Source: Chlorokybus atmophyticus
Lineage: Eukaryota > Plantae > Mesostigma and Chlorokybus algae
DNA length: 64,000 bases
Direction: 5' to 3'
Assembly: GCA_009103225.1 (NCBI GenBank)
Contig: RHPI01000277.1
Span: forward strand, 207,297 to 271,296
The notes under the pieces are model-generated. The model was not told where the DNA came from. It made no database searches and worked only from the letters and a program-made list of their open reading frames with translations. Within the stretch, counting starts at the first letter, position 1; the number at the start of each line of letters is the position of its first letter. Of this stretch, positions 14,021 through 26,900 are shown piece by piece. The translations under genes were made by a program, and so were the position numbers.

Positions 14021-14692
14021 TGTAACAGTCGAGGCCAAGTTTCATGATTTTAGGACCTTTTGTGGCCCATTTATCGAGCACCACGTTTGCATGACTCGTG
14101 GCAGATATCGGCGAGTTATGAGTCTGCCGCGGATATCGACCAGGGCCCCATGAGCCCCAGTCCGGAAGGTGCCAGAAAACGGAGGGCCAGTCGAGAATGG
14201 CTCGACCAGATTTCTGGAAGGGCCTGGCGCCAAGTAGTATAACTTGACCATATGAGCACCTAATTAGGAGATCTTTGGTGCGTAAGAAAGGTCTAGAAGT
14301 ATACTATAGGGTTCTGCAATACCATCTTAGCATCTAATTCTGTGTAGCACGGGGGAATCGTCTAGACAATAGCATGTGCAGACTGGTAGGTATATAAGCG
14401 GCATTCTACAATGTGCAATACAACCTTTGGCTCCCTAGTTTCTTGTGTGCAAGCCTGGTGGTTAGCAGAGGTTGCTAGCGTGTGTCCACTGGTGTGTGCT
14501 TGCTTGTGTGACGATCCAAGGCGCTACACAAGTCGGTGTGTAACTTCGAGCGCGTGCGCGTGCGTACGCGAGTCGCGGGGCGCGCGTGTGTGCTTGGCAG
14601 AGGGGGCAAGGTTCCGGTGTGAATACCGTGTCTTGGTGAAAGGGTTGTTGATCACACCAACTCACAGGTGACAAGGCACGAGCACCGTCACA
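14021..14692 (+). repeat. 3' LTR (672 bp) of chromovirus 1
   Basis: TGTAAC...GTCACA, preceded by the PPT and followed by TSD GCAAT. Confidence 0.96.
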
Positions 14693-15487
14693 GCAATGGA
14701 TGACAGACCATAGCTGTTAATCCCCGCTCCCTACGCCCCAGGTAGTAGACGATGATACAACCATGTTGTCTCCCCCGGTCGGCTCAGCCTCCCCCCTCAC
14801 CAGTGTAGTCTTTAAGGCCTTCATCCCACAAGCTTGCACTCTCCTCGAACTGGCATCCACATGAGGACATCATCCCATCAACAGTTGTCACCCAACAGAG
14901 ACCAGATACCAGCCCCCCTCGCCCTCTCGTATCCTCATCTGCTGCTGTCTCCTCCCCCGCAATCCTTCTCCTTGCCGCAGCAGTGTACCGATGGAGAGAG
15001 GACGCTTGGTGGGTAGGTGTAGCACGATATTCGTTTTCACTGCTCTCCCTCCCAACCGCCACCCACATAGGAGCACCTGCCAATGCTCTGGATCGGCACG
15101 CCCGCTGGCTGTGCGCTCTTTAACCAAACCCCCGCACTGCACTGGTCTACTCCTCTGAGCTAAGTTTTACATACGTTTCTCACACAGGGAGATCAGTGAT
15201 GGTGACGGCCTTGCTGTGGAAGGATGACAGTGATCTAAAGGCGCAACCCATGGCAGTCAACCTCGCAGACCGCGCCGACATTCTTTGGCTTCACACCAAC
15301 CTGCTGTTATGAGGCATGGGTGGACCACAAACCTTGCTCTCCCAGCAGTTGACATCATATGCATGGCAAAGAGGGCAGCTTGGACGCTTCCATTCTCCCC
15401 GCCACTCCTCACTCTGTTATGGCCATACGGCGCAGAAGACGACATCCCTCTCAATGATTACTTTTTGGGGATAGTTCCGGGCATAGC

Positions 15488-18400
15488 ATGACAGCTTCAC
15501 CTCCCAGCCCAGACATCAAGGTATGTCTTGGAATGTTCGAGGGTTAAATTCAGGTCACACTACATCTGGATCTTCACGAAAAGAAGATGTATTCTCTTGC
15601 TTGTGGGCGCTTCAGCGCAAGGGAGGCGGCGTTTTTCTTCTGCAAGAAATTAAGCTAAGTGCTGCTGCGATTGCATCATAGAAGTGGCAGCACGCATGGA
15701 AAGGAGAGGCGGTGTGGGCACCCGCAGACGGCATCAAAGGTGGAGTTGCTGTATTGTTCCTTTCCTTGTGAAAGCATGTTGTTTTTGATACAGAAGTTGC
15801 AATCCATCATTGTTGCTGTTGGGTTCGACTAGCCTAAGACGGCGGTACACTTCTGCTTGTTAGCGCATATGCCTGTTGAAAGAAACTTAAAAAGCGCGAG
15901 CTTTTCTTTGCTAAGGTTAAGACGTCCCTTCCTACAACCGACTAGTACGTCACTTGTGGAGATTAAAGCTGTATAGAAAATTTAAGCATTAGATCGTTCA
16001 CATCACGGGTCTCTGCGGTAAGGTAGACAGCATCGCACTCTCTGACCTCTGCCAACACCGGGGGGGTGAAAATGTCTGGAGATGTAGGTATCCTTCTTCA
16101 CAAGTCTACACATGGGACAACTCTCGTAAAGGATCAGCACGCATACTCGCTCAGCTGGACAGAGTGTATGTCTCGGATGCCCTCCTTTCATCGGTGGCGG
16201 ACTGTGCTATTGTCGCAAAGGAGTGGGTATTAGACCACAAGCTAGTGTATCTTGAGCTTCAATCTGCGCAGCATCTCGAAAGAGGTAGAGGACTGCGGCG
16301 TGTCAACTCCGCTCTTCTCTATGACCCTCTGTTCGTAACGGAGGTGGAGGACTTGTGGGGGTTGATGTCGTCTTCATTCTCGTTATCACCCGCATCGTAT
16401 GTTAAAGAGTTTGAGGACTTCTTGGGAAGAATAGAGGTTATGGCGAGACAGCATATGCGAAGACGCCATCGGCAGCTTCAATCCAAAGTTGACACACTTG
16501 CACTGGAGCTAGACGCATTGGCGCCTCAGCTCGGATCCTCACCAACTATTGCGTACTTGCAGATACAGCAGTCTTATCTCCTATGGACTACATGATGCCC
16601 ATGCCACGGCACTTGACAACACTGCATTGCGGTTTGCCACCAAACGATGATTTGAGCTCAGCCTGCTTAAAAAAGGGAGACCGCCACGCTCACCCAACCG
16701 TATGCACTTCTTCACTATAGAATACGTCATCTACCCCTTTTCCATCACAACTTCAGCAGGCATGTGTGAAGCAAGTGCTGAGTACTACCACTCCCTCTAC
16801 TCTTCCTCACACAGAGACACACCGGAGGTAGCAGAGGCCACATCACAGTGCTTGGGCAGCTTGACCCCTCGTATCACCACCGCAGAAGCAGCAGAGTTGG
16901 AGGCACCACTGAAACTGGCGGAGCTGCAGGCTGCCCTCTTTTCCATGTCATCACAAAAGGCACCAGGGATAGATGGTTTCAAGGTTCCATTTTGGCAGCA
17001 CTATTGGCCTATGATAGGAGAGCAGCTATCTTCAATACCGTCAGCACGTGCTCGACAGTTTACAGCTGGGTGAGACACAACGGCTGGGAGTGATCACTCT
17101 CATCTACAAGAAGGGAGTCAGAGGCCATTTTAAGAATTGGCGCCCCATCATACTTCTCCCTGTTCACTACAAGATCCTTGCGAAGGCCATTGCCAACCGA
17201 TTGTGCCCACACATAGCGGCGTGTGTGCACCCCACTCAGGTTGGCCTTGTCCCCCACCGCTATATCCTTGAAAATGTTCTCATTGCGTTGGATGCAATAG
17301 CCCACGCGAACTCCACCAACCAGCAAGGCGCTCTTCTTCTCCCTGACTTTGAGAAAGCCTTCGACAAGTTGAACTAGACACTTTTGTCAACAGTGTTGAT
17401 GAGGTTGGGCTTCTCTCCAATGCTGGTGGCTTGGGTGCGTACTCTAAACGGAGGATGCCGCAGCTGCGTTTCCGTCAACGGCTTCCTCTTTGAAGTCTTT
17501 GGGCTGCAACGCAGCGTACGGCAAGGCTGCCCGTTGGCACCGAACCTGTTCATATTGGCAACAGCACCATTGGGCGCCATGCTTCGCTCCTCTCCTCTCA
17601 GAAGGGAATCCGCCTCCTCAGTCCTCTAGGTGGGCCCGAGGAGGACAAGGAACTCAGATACACAGGGTATGTAAATGACACATAGGGGCTGGCGAAAAAA
17701 AAAAAAAAGTTCGCAAGCCCTTGTTTCTCAATCCCCGTATCATGGATGAGCAAGAGATTGTGCTGGGATTCACCAGTGTTTCCACACGACGATGGAGGCC
17801 ATGGGGCGGAGGCAGGATTCTTGATTGCGAAGGATACTTGGAACACCACCACCAGGTCCCTCCACACCGTGGCAACCCTCGCACAATGGCTGCCGACGTT
17901 GTCTTTGTCCAAGATACAGCAACTCTTCACTTCCTTGCGGTTGTCCCTCCTCAGCTGCTGGCTTGACATCATGTCATCTGGGGTGGGACAAACCCAGCCT
18001 GGTGGGGCGTCTTCAGCCCGTCCCACTACATACACAATGCCATCTATGTGGATACGGCGATTGGCAACCGTTGTGTAGGCACTGCTTTTCAGCTGATCAG
18101 GCCAGAGGCGGACACCCTTACTCTGCCGTATGCTACATCTTAGCCTTCATAGCATCATGCGGATCAGAGTTCCCCCTCCCCCACATAGCTGGAGGTCCTC
18201 CCTCCCTTCCGCCCCATCGACAGCCCTCAAAGGTTGGAAAGACCACCAGCAGAGAAGTTCACAGGTCGGCGGGTAGTTGGCATTGCCCAATTGGTTCTCC
18301 GCTACAAAAGTGGATAACACCAACCCACCCGTCCCCATCAGCGCGCTCATTATGGGAATACAGCTCCAAGGTGGGTTATGCAGTGCAGGCGTCTCAGCGT

Positions 18401-19207
18401 GCTCATCGCATCCGAGCCCTTGCACATTGGAGTGAAGCAGACAAAGAAGACGTCGTTGGGCCTGCTCATTGGAAGCGTTTACACTCCTCGCTAAGGAGCG
18501 CATTGAAGGGTTCAGTGCGCTTCTTCATGTGGCTCCTCTCTCACCAAGCCCACAACACGGGAGACCGCCTCCTTCAATACAGCACAGACGAGGGGGGGGG
18601 GGGAGTGTGTTGTATGTCCGCATGGCGAGGTTGAGACGTTGTCTCACCTCGTTGTTGACTGCGCCTTCAACCAGGAAGTGTAGGCGTGGTTCGGCAAGGT
18701 GTGGAGGCTTTTATGGCGCGCCTTTTCCCCTCACCCCTGCCACACTCGTGTCCTCTGCCCGCCTTGGAACATGGTGGGAGGCCTCCCTCGTCTTTGGCAA
18801 TGGCTCAAACCTCTCGTACTATGGCACATTTTGCTAACACAAAACCGTTCACGATTCGACCACACCTCTCCTAATCTACATCAATGTCTTTAGCTCCTCT
18901 CTCCATCATAACAAAAGGGGATTGGTAGCGTATGCTCTTCACGGCCTCTTCAGACGACAAGCGCCTACTGCTCTTCGCGAAGTTTCAAGCCACATGGGCT
19001 TGCAACAACTTTCTGTGCTCTGTGACCTGGTCTCTGCCTTATCCCGCATCTCTTAGTCTCCCCTTCCTTCTATCCCGCCTCCAGCTACCTGCCCTCCCCT
19101 CCCTCATACACCGTTTTATTCTACACCGTCTCCTCCTTAAAACTCCTCGCCCCTTTCACTTGCTTCTGCTACCCGTGCCCCTCTTCTCCAGTTGCTACCA
19201 TTTGTAG
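15488..19207 (+). pseudogene. LINE A ORF2 (APE endonuclease, reverse transcriptase, C-terminal Cys/His region), frameshifted
   Basis: APE (WNVRGLN, LLQE, GGVAVL) and RT motifs distributed over several frames in the ORF track. Confidence 0.85.
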
Positions 19208-19379
19208 TTACTCGCTAGACAATATGGCTAGTGCCTAGCTTTTCTTTTCCTTGTTGGCTATTGCTTAGCTAGCCGCGCATGCTAAACTCTGTCTCTGCTC
19301 ACCAAAAAGTTTATAGAAACCAAGATTCTGCGCGCAAAATAATAACAAACATAAAAACACAACAAGCAGTTACACTCGA

Positions 19380-20578
19380 AATTGTTTTTGGCTTTGGATC
19401 CAATACGTAATTCACATTATCAGAGCATCAGCGAGTGTTCAAACAAAGAAGAAAAAGCTAGGTAAAGAGCACAAACGTGCTACGCGGAATAAAAGGAGGA
19501 GACAGCTAAGTCTAGGCTAGCAGGAAAAGTGAAGACGAGGAAGATAAGGGGAGGAAGAGAAGAAGCGATAGTCAGGAGACAGAAGAGCGAAGGGGAAACG
19601 GGATGCCAGTCAGCTACTGGCGAGGGGAGGCCAGCCATATTAGTACACAGGCAGGAGCACGAAAAGGCGAAGGATGAGAGCGCTGCAGCTCTGGCGCCGT
19701 CCTGCAGGAGGGAAGTAAGAACTTCCAGCCAAGCTTCTTTCGCCCTGTCCTGCAGCGAGTGAGAGAACATAGAGAGCTGATCAGTAGTGCAGAGAGTGAC
19801 GTCAGAGTAGCGGACTGAGCAACGGCAAGCCCAAAGCGGGCGAGCAGCAATCCAGACCTCTCGGAGGCGAGTGGGCGAAAAAGCTGCGTCCTGGTCGAAG
19901 CTGGCGAGAGAAGGAGACAGCTCCAAGCTGCCACCCATGCGGCGTAGAAGAAGCGACAAGGAAAGCCAGAGGGAATGAGCGCACAGACAGTTGAAGAAGA
20001 GGTGACGAGAGGTCTCCACATCCTCTGAGTGGCAGGTCAGACATGAGGGGTCGATGTCCAGGCCTAGGTGCTGCAGGCAAAGATAGCCCCATGGCAAACC
20101 ATCCAAAGCAATGAGCGGATTTTGCCAGGGGCCTTTAGGGACCTGATAGCCGGCCAAACTCTGCTTCAGTCCACATCCGGGCAAGCCCAGCGCCAGCGGC
20201 GCGGAGCACGCACTACTGGAAGGGAGCGAGAGGAGAGAAGGTGATAACCGAGACGAGGAGTGTAGTCCCAAAGAGAATAGAAAGAGGCGTGGCCTGGGAC
20301 ATTCTCAGGCCAACGGAAGAAGGAGGGGTCAAGGTGCACTTCAGCCAGAGGAGCCGCGACAACATACCAGCCGAGATAACGCTGAGGGGGAGCCAGAGCA
20401 ATCCAAAAGACTGTGCCTACTGCCGGGGACAACGCCACGGTTGCGCGGGGGCCGGGGGGGGNNNNNNNNNNNNNNNNNNNNNNNNNNNNNNNNNNNNNNN
20501 NNNNNNNNNNNNNNNNNNNNNNNNNNNNNNNNNNNNNNNNNNNNNNNNNNNNNNNNNNNNNNNNNNNNNNNNNNNNNN

Positions 20579-20616
<38 letters not shown>

Positions 20617-23600
20617 TACCCTTACTCTGGATATGCCAGCGGAGGAGGGTGGAGAGAAGGGGGAGGGCGAGCACAGCGTCTGCCCCTATGTGCATGCAGG
20701 GAGGAAGCATGCGCCCGTCAAGGTTGTCCCTAAGGCGCACTCCACAAAATATACATAGGATAGGGCCTCCCCGTCTGCGGCTGAGCCCCACCACTCCTCC
20801 GCGAAGGAAGTGTGTGGGCCAGCGTTGAGCAGCTCACGCCATGTTGACGGGATGCAGTTCCAGAGAAGTGAACACGCAGGCTCCGGAACATCAATCCATC
20901 GAGACAGGGTGCCAACGGTGTAGGGCTACAGCTCCGTAGTGTCTCAAAGATCAACGACTCTGTGAAATCCCAGAGCCGCCCAGGATAAAGAAGGGAGTGG
21001 TGCGCGAGGAACTAAGAAGTGCTCTACGATTGTCCCGCGGTAGAGGGTTGTAGAAAATATGCTGGCGAAGAACGTCCTCATAGCTCTCAGGTGAAGATGG
21101 AGTAGAGGGTCGGTCCTTCAGCCAAGCAGCGAAGATCGCCCTCCAGTGCGCAGAGAGCGAGGACCTCAGGGGAAGGCCAGACGACATGAGTGAAGCAATC
21201 GGGGGGAGCCAAGTCACCTCAGGGTGGCGAGGGTCCGAAGTCCAAACCTGTAACTGCTGGAAGGCGAGAGACTTCCAGGGAGCCCCAAGTGGGATCTGAG
21301 AGCCCAACCGCCCAATTGGCAAGAAGAGCGCGAGCTTGAATGTCCGGATTCAAAACACCTAGCCCGCCCTGCCGGACAAGAAGACAGACAACACGCTAGG
21401 AAACCCTGCCTCTCACCCGCTGTATGGTCTGTGCAAAAGGGTCGCCTGTGGTGCCGGCAGTGGGCCAGAGAAACGGGGTGCTAAGACGGCGAAGAGTCCG
21501 AAGATCTCCTGTAAACAGGCCTACCAACGAGGCGATATACCAGAGCGTGGAGAGCACACTCTGACTCGAGCACTAGCGCACGGCCCATGTGAGAGAGGTA
21601 GTGATGAGCCCATGAGGTGATGCGTCTGCGCACATTTTCTAGGTCCAGGGGGAGAGCTGTCAGCCCATGTCGAGCTAGGCGAAAGCCTAGGAGGGTGACC
21701 GTGTCTCCAGGACTCAACCAGCGCACACCCTACTTCGGAGGGAGGAAGATCTGAACCCACCATAACTCCGTAAGACTTCTCCAGACTCAAGCTCGCATCT
21801 GAGGCCAGGCAAAAGGTGCTCATGCACGTGGTGAAACCAGCATGAGAAGCCTCCGTAAGCTCGAGCACCACCATCGTGTCATCCGCATACTCCAAGTAAA
21901 TGATCTCAACTGCCGCGCCTGGCTGTTCACCCTCAAAGGACGGGTGGTCTAAAGGCAAAGACAAGCCTTTGACCTGTGCTTTATCAGCGAGGGTGAAAAG
22001 GACAGAGGCAAGCGGGCAGCCTTGTTTCGCACTGCGTTCCAATGGGAACTCCTCCGTAAGGAACCCATTGATAAGGACCTGGCTGAAGCCGCCCGTTGAG
22101 CGTGCGGACCCACGCACAAAGTTCAGCATCAAAGCCTTGCTTGCGCATGACTGCATTGCTGAAGTCCCAGCTAATGCGGTCAAAGGCTTTCTTAAAGTCT
22201 GCAAGAAGCAAAGCCACTTGCTGGCAAGAGCGGTTTGCGTGGGAGGCAACGTCTAGGACAATAAGGATGTTGTCTAGAATAGAGCGTCTGCGTACAAAGC
22301 CTGTCTGCTCCACTAAAATGGTGTCTGGGAGAATTGCAGCAAGGCCAAGACGCAGAGCTCGGGCTAGTAGCTTGTAGTGTAAGGGCAGTAGAGTAATCGG
22401 CCTCCAGTTCCTGAGATCGGACCTCGAGCCTTTCTTGTGAATAAGAGTGATGACGCCAACCCTTTGAGAGAAACCCATCCTGCCAGTCTGCATTGCACAT
22501 GCGCAGTAGCGGTGGTAGTCCGGCCCAATTAGATGCCAGGCGGCCTGCCAAAAAGCTGCGGTGAGGCCGTCCCTCCCCGGGTATTCACATGCTTCCATAC
22601 CACGCAAGGCACTGTGCAGATCTGCAAGCGAAAGAGGTAGGGAGAGGCGGGAGGAGGTGGAAGAATCCACACTGGCACGCACATGATGCTGTCCTCGAGG
22701 GCGCGCCATTATAGCGTAGGGTCTGGCCTAGATGCGGTAAACAGCTGCTGATAAGAAGTTTGCGCCGCCATCGACATCTCCTTTTGTGTGAGTATAGGAG
22801 GATCAAGCTATTGCGTGGAGAAAGTGAGAGAGAGGAGAGAGGAGGACAGTTGGTCAGCTTTGCACAGAGAGAAGAAAAACTTGAAGAGGAAGAAGAAGAA
22901 GAAGAAGAAGAAGAAAAACTTGTTCAATCCCTCGCCAAGCAGGTTGTGCTGGCTGGTGTGGCGAGTGTAGGATAACTCCAACTCCCGGCACTCGAGATTG
23001 GCAATCCTGGCAAGGAGTTGCTGATGGTCCTCTATCTGTGCAACGGAGGCGGGTAAAGGAAACAGCTGCAAGCTGCGCTCCAGCTCCGCTAGAAGACAAC
23101 AAAGAGAGGAGAGCTCGCTGCTGCGGGCATGACGGCGGCGAGCTTCATGGCGACGGGGCGAGAGCGCTGACGTCCTCCAACCCAGCCTCGAACCACACAA
23201 TGAACAGACTATCGGGGGGCTGGGCTTGCTGGTGAAGGGCCCATAGGATATGCAGCTCGTCCATAAAGAGGTGGTCTCGGAGAAGACCATTGTCAAACTT
23301 TTAGCAGCCCGGGCCTCGGGGGGAGCTGGACGCGGGGCGGAGCTGGAGCATGACTGGCTTGTGATCGGAGAGGGACTCGCCCTCACGAATCAGCTGATTG
23401 CCCACCAGCGTGCGCACACATGAAGAGGCATACAAGCAATCCAGACGCGCCATGGGAAGGACCCCCCGGGCACGGAGCCCACCCACGTGAAGGCGGAGGT
23501 GTCGGGAAAGCGCACTCTGAAAGTGTCTTCTAGGCCGTAGCGCTAAAGCAGGAGAGAAAACGAAGAGAGCTCCAGCTAGGTAGAAGATAACCGCGAATGC

Positions 23601-24940
23601 CTTTTGTCTAATGCCGGATCTTCAATAATGTTCCAGTCCACCCCAACCACCGCCCAGTCAGCCGGAGGGAGGGATGAAGCAAGCAAGGTAAAGAAGAGGT
23701 GCCGCTCCTCCGAAGAGTTGAGAGCATAAACGTTGGCGAGGAGAAGGAATACTCCCTCCCAACGGAGACGCAGCCAGCAGCATCTGGCGGGGACGGCCAC
23801 CCCCTCATCAACCAGCATGCTCTGCCAGGCATGAGGACAAAGTATGGCAACACCGCCACTACTACCTTGTGACGGGGCCCAAATATAGCCTGCCCAAAAA
23901 CGCCGCCATGAGGCGTGGCTAGAGTCAGTGATACTAGTTTCTTGAAGGAAGAGAGCTTGGGAGCGCCCACATTGCCATTCACGCAGGCGCGCAAGCAAAG
24001 CCCGCCGCTTAGAAACGCCAGAGTTTGAGCACACATTGGCAATGCCCTGTACGTTCCATGAGGTAAAGGAAAGCGTGGTTGCGGTCATAGAAACAACAAC
24101 TAAAGAGAAAGGAAAACACAAGCTCTGAGGTGCACGCAGCAGAGATCCCGCAATGCCGGACATCAGCTACATCCGCATTGTCCGCACCCTCGTCAACGCA
24201 GCAGAAATAGCCAAAAGAGCAAGGCCGAAAACCACTGGTGCAACGTGTTTCGCAGCTATGGCGGGTCCGACATACCATTGAGACTGTGTAATGGCGGGTC
24301 CGAGTGGGTGGGTGGGTGGGGGGGGCTGTACGGACTGCATTGTTCCATCTCCGTGCTTGGGTGATGCCAATACTTGACTGCGTCCAAAAGAGCTTGACAG
24401 AGAGATTGGGTTCTATCCGGCGTCCGGGAGGCAACATGATCACCCCACTCTGAGAGCGAACACCATCTCTGCAAGGAGTGAGGAGGGGACAATATACCTT
24501 CTGGAGCTGCCATAGGGACAAGCGCGTATGCTATGGACACGCCGGAGACGTTGAGGCACAGCACATTGCTCACATTGCTCATCAAGTACCCCAATTAGCT
24601 CATAGCTGGCTTGAGAGGGAAGCATAGACACTTGGCCAAGAGCGTTCAGCACCTGGCTGCGCCACCAGCCTTCCGGAGAGTTATGTGCATGTGAAGGAGA
24701 CAGGGCACAAATGAAGTTGAGGCCAATAGTATGGCCGGGGTCAGTGAGGAGAACCTCCGCTGAAGAGGTGTCATTCCGCGCGCCTCGAGCAACCACCGGC
24801 ACCATCAGAATACGGTGAGGTTCAGCGGCGAGGCAAAGCCCTGCTGCGTGAAGCCAGGACAAAAGGGGTTGAGAGTGTGGAGCCACTGCCGCCGACGTCG
24901 GTGAAATCATCGGAGGCGTTGGCGCCGTAGCCGCGACTGT
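19380..24940 (-). mobile_element. L1/Tx1-like non-LTR retrotransposon (LINE B), decayed, contains an assembly gap
   Basis: APE SFTSWNVQG, LFLQET, GGVAIL, NVYA, DWN (23576-24088). RT GVITLIHKKG, RNWRPITLL, AKQGCPL, LEYADD (21521-22709). C-terminal CLTCHSEDVETSRHLFFNC (19480-20271). ORF1-like sequence ~24200-24940. Confidence 0.9.
20462..20578. other. Assembly gap (117 N) flanked by poly-G
   Basis: N run with G homopolymers on both sides. Confidence 0.99.
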
Positions 24941-24944
24941 GTGT

Positions 24945-26900
24945 GGAGGGATGAGCTGCTCCTTCTCCTCGCCAGGCTTGATGAGGAGATCGTCCTGACG
25001 CCAGCCGCAGTAACAACATCGCAAAGACCAACTGCAGCAGTTAAGGGTGAATGCCTCGCCGCCGTGCGGGCAATCTTCTTGTTCCGGTCCTTCCTCTTTT
25101 GGCAATTCAAGCCGGTCACTGACCACCAACCCTTGCATTGGTTGATGACAACCTAGCAGCTGACCGGCAAGCTCGCAAGATGGGCCCTGCTGCTGTAAGA
25201 CTATAACTTCGAGATCAAGCACCGCGCCGGCCGCACCAACTAAGACGCCGACGAACTCAGCTGTATTCACATCAGTCTATCAACAATGCCACCAGAGCAA
25301 GCACGAGCTGAGTCCCCCGGCCCCTGCGCCATAGCTAGCTACCGTGTTTGCTGTATCAGCATTGCGCTCAGGACGTGCCACCACTCTAACGCGGGAGCTG
25401 CCACCGCCGCGCCACTGGACAGTGAGGACAGCAACGATGAGGAGCTATACGATAGTATGCCAACACTCAAGACATGCATCTTGACAACAGCCTTTCGGCC
25501 ACGCCATCCACTCGCAGGCTGGACATCTGGCTGGATGCCCACTGCTTTACCTATGTGGAAACAACAGCCCTACCCCTGGGCCTCAGCGCACGAGAGAGGG
25601 ATTGCATTAACCAGTGCTGTAAACATTACCGTTGTGAGGACAAGGAATTACCCGCACCTACTCATGTGAAGGCATCATCTCCACCCTGCACACAGAGCTG
25701 GGTCATGTTGGCATTAGACGGACCGTCAGCCTCGTCCGTGCGCAATACTGGTGGCGCGGTTCATACACACAGGTATGCGTAACTTCTCCCAGTGGGACCT
25801 TGTACGCGCCAGCTTTAACACCAGCAGTGTCACGCTGCAACCATTATTCATCGCGGGCATGTTATACCGCTAGAATTTTAACATGCTCGGCGATCTGTCA
25901 TCATCAGCTAAAGGCAACAAGTACGTTCCGATAATGATCGAGCACTTCTTTAAGTGGGTGGAGCTGGTACCCCTACCCGAAAAAAAGCAGCAGGGGGTGG
26001 CTCAAGCTTTCCTCGACTGTGTCCTTAGCCGCTTCGGCTCGTGCGCCAAGATACTCACTAATCAAGGCTTGGAGGTCAGAGGCGAGTTCGATATATTGCT
26101 GGATCACGCTTACATCGATCACTGACATACTTCTCGTGATCACTCTCGCCGACGGCCTCGCAGAGCGAGCTGTCCAAACCATCAAGAAAACCCTCCGCAA
26201 GTCAGTTGAGCACGAGAAACGCAGCTTGGATGACTACCTGCCTTGGGTCGCGCTCAGCTATCGCCTCTTTAAGTAGGCGGCACTGCGGCAATACAGCCCC
26301 TACCATTTGCTCTTTGGATGCGAGCCTCTCTTTCCGTTTCGTACATACACCGAAGTCAAGCACGTGTTGCACAACCTTTACGACCGTGACCAGATGCATC
26401 GGGACTTGCTGGCCCGCGCTAAGCTTTTTTGGCATGTCATCCCCATGGCACTGAGCAACTTATGCACAGCCCAGCACCGCGACACGCACCGCTATACGCG
26501 GGTGCGCATCGGCTTCTACAAGCAACGCATCCGCAGGTTCGAAATCGGTGACTTTGTCTACCGCATGACGAAGACCCAGGACACTCTAAATATCAGTGTC
26601 CGCCGTACCATCTACAAGGTACTGCAGGTGCTGCCCTCGGGAGTGTTGGATCTGCTGGGACTGGACGGCGTTCGTGCGAACGACAACATGGAAAAGTGCG
26701 CGCCTTGCCATTTGCTACAATTCATTAGCTTTTACGTCATCCAAAACCCTCGTCCTGTCCGCAACCTGCGCTGTGAGACATGTGGCAGCGCGGATGACGA
26801 TGTGAAGATGATGCGCTGCGATGGGTGCAACAAGGGGATGCACTTGATGAATATTGAGACAGCGCTGGCTAACTACAGCATGCACATGCAGCAGAACATA
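24945..26900 (+). mobile_element. Ty3/gypsy remnant: RNase H, integrase and C-terminal PHD finger (5'-truncated, decayed)
   Basis: RNase H ASRSNN..TNCSS/GECLAAV..TDHQPLHWL..KLARWALLL (24990-25200). Integrase core IEHFFKWVEL, TNQGLE, GLAERAVQTIK (25883-26276). In-frame CETCGSADDDVKMMRCDGCNKGMH (26772-26843). Confidence 0.85.

Larger units (their letters stand above)
8670..14692 (+). mobile_element. Full-length Ty3/gypsy chromovirus (LTR-PBS-gag-PR-RT-RH-INT-chromodomain-PPT-LTR), coding region decayed
   Basis: LTRs 8670-9340 and 14021-14692 (TG...CA). 5-bp TSD GCAAT at 8665-8669 and 14693-14697. PBS TGGTATCGGAGC 9343-9354 (tRNA-iMet type). PPT AGGGGGGGAGGAG 14008-14020. Confidence 0.97.
6480..19370 (+). 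mobile_element. L1/Tx1-like non-LTR retrotransposon (LINE A), decayed, interrupted by the gypsy element at 8670-14692
   Basis: ORF1-like region from ATG 6601 with a degenerate knuckle CFRGKVFDHPSQC (~7520-7565). APE start MSWNVRGLN at 15523. RT motifs GVITLIYKKG, KNWRPIILL, DFEKAFD, SVRQGCPLAP at 17048-17560. A-rich 3' tail ~19336-19365. Many stops and frameshifts; 5' boundary approximate. Confidence 0.85.

Noticed and set aside
20241-20828. ORFs spanning X/poly-Gly/poly-Pro
   Set aside because: They cross the 117-N gap and poly-G runs; likely sequencing or assembly artefact within LINE B.
24440-25270. 276-aa minus-strand ORF as a novel gene
   Set aside because: Chimeric: its first half is antisense to the gypsy RNase H remnant and its second half is LINE B ORF1.
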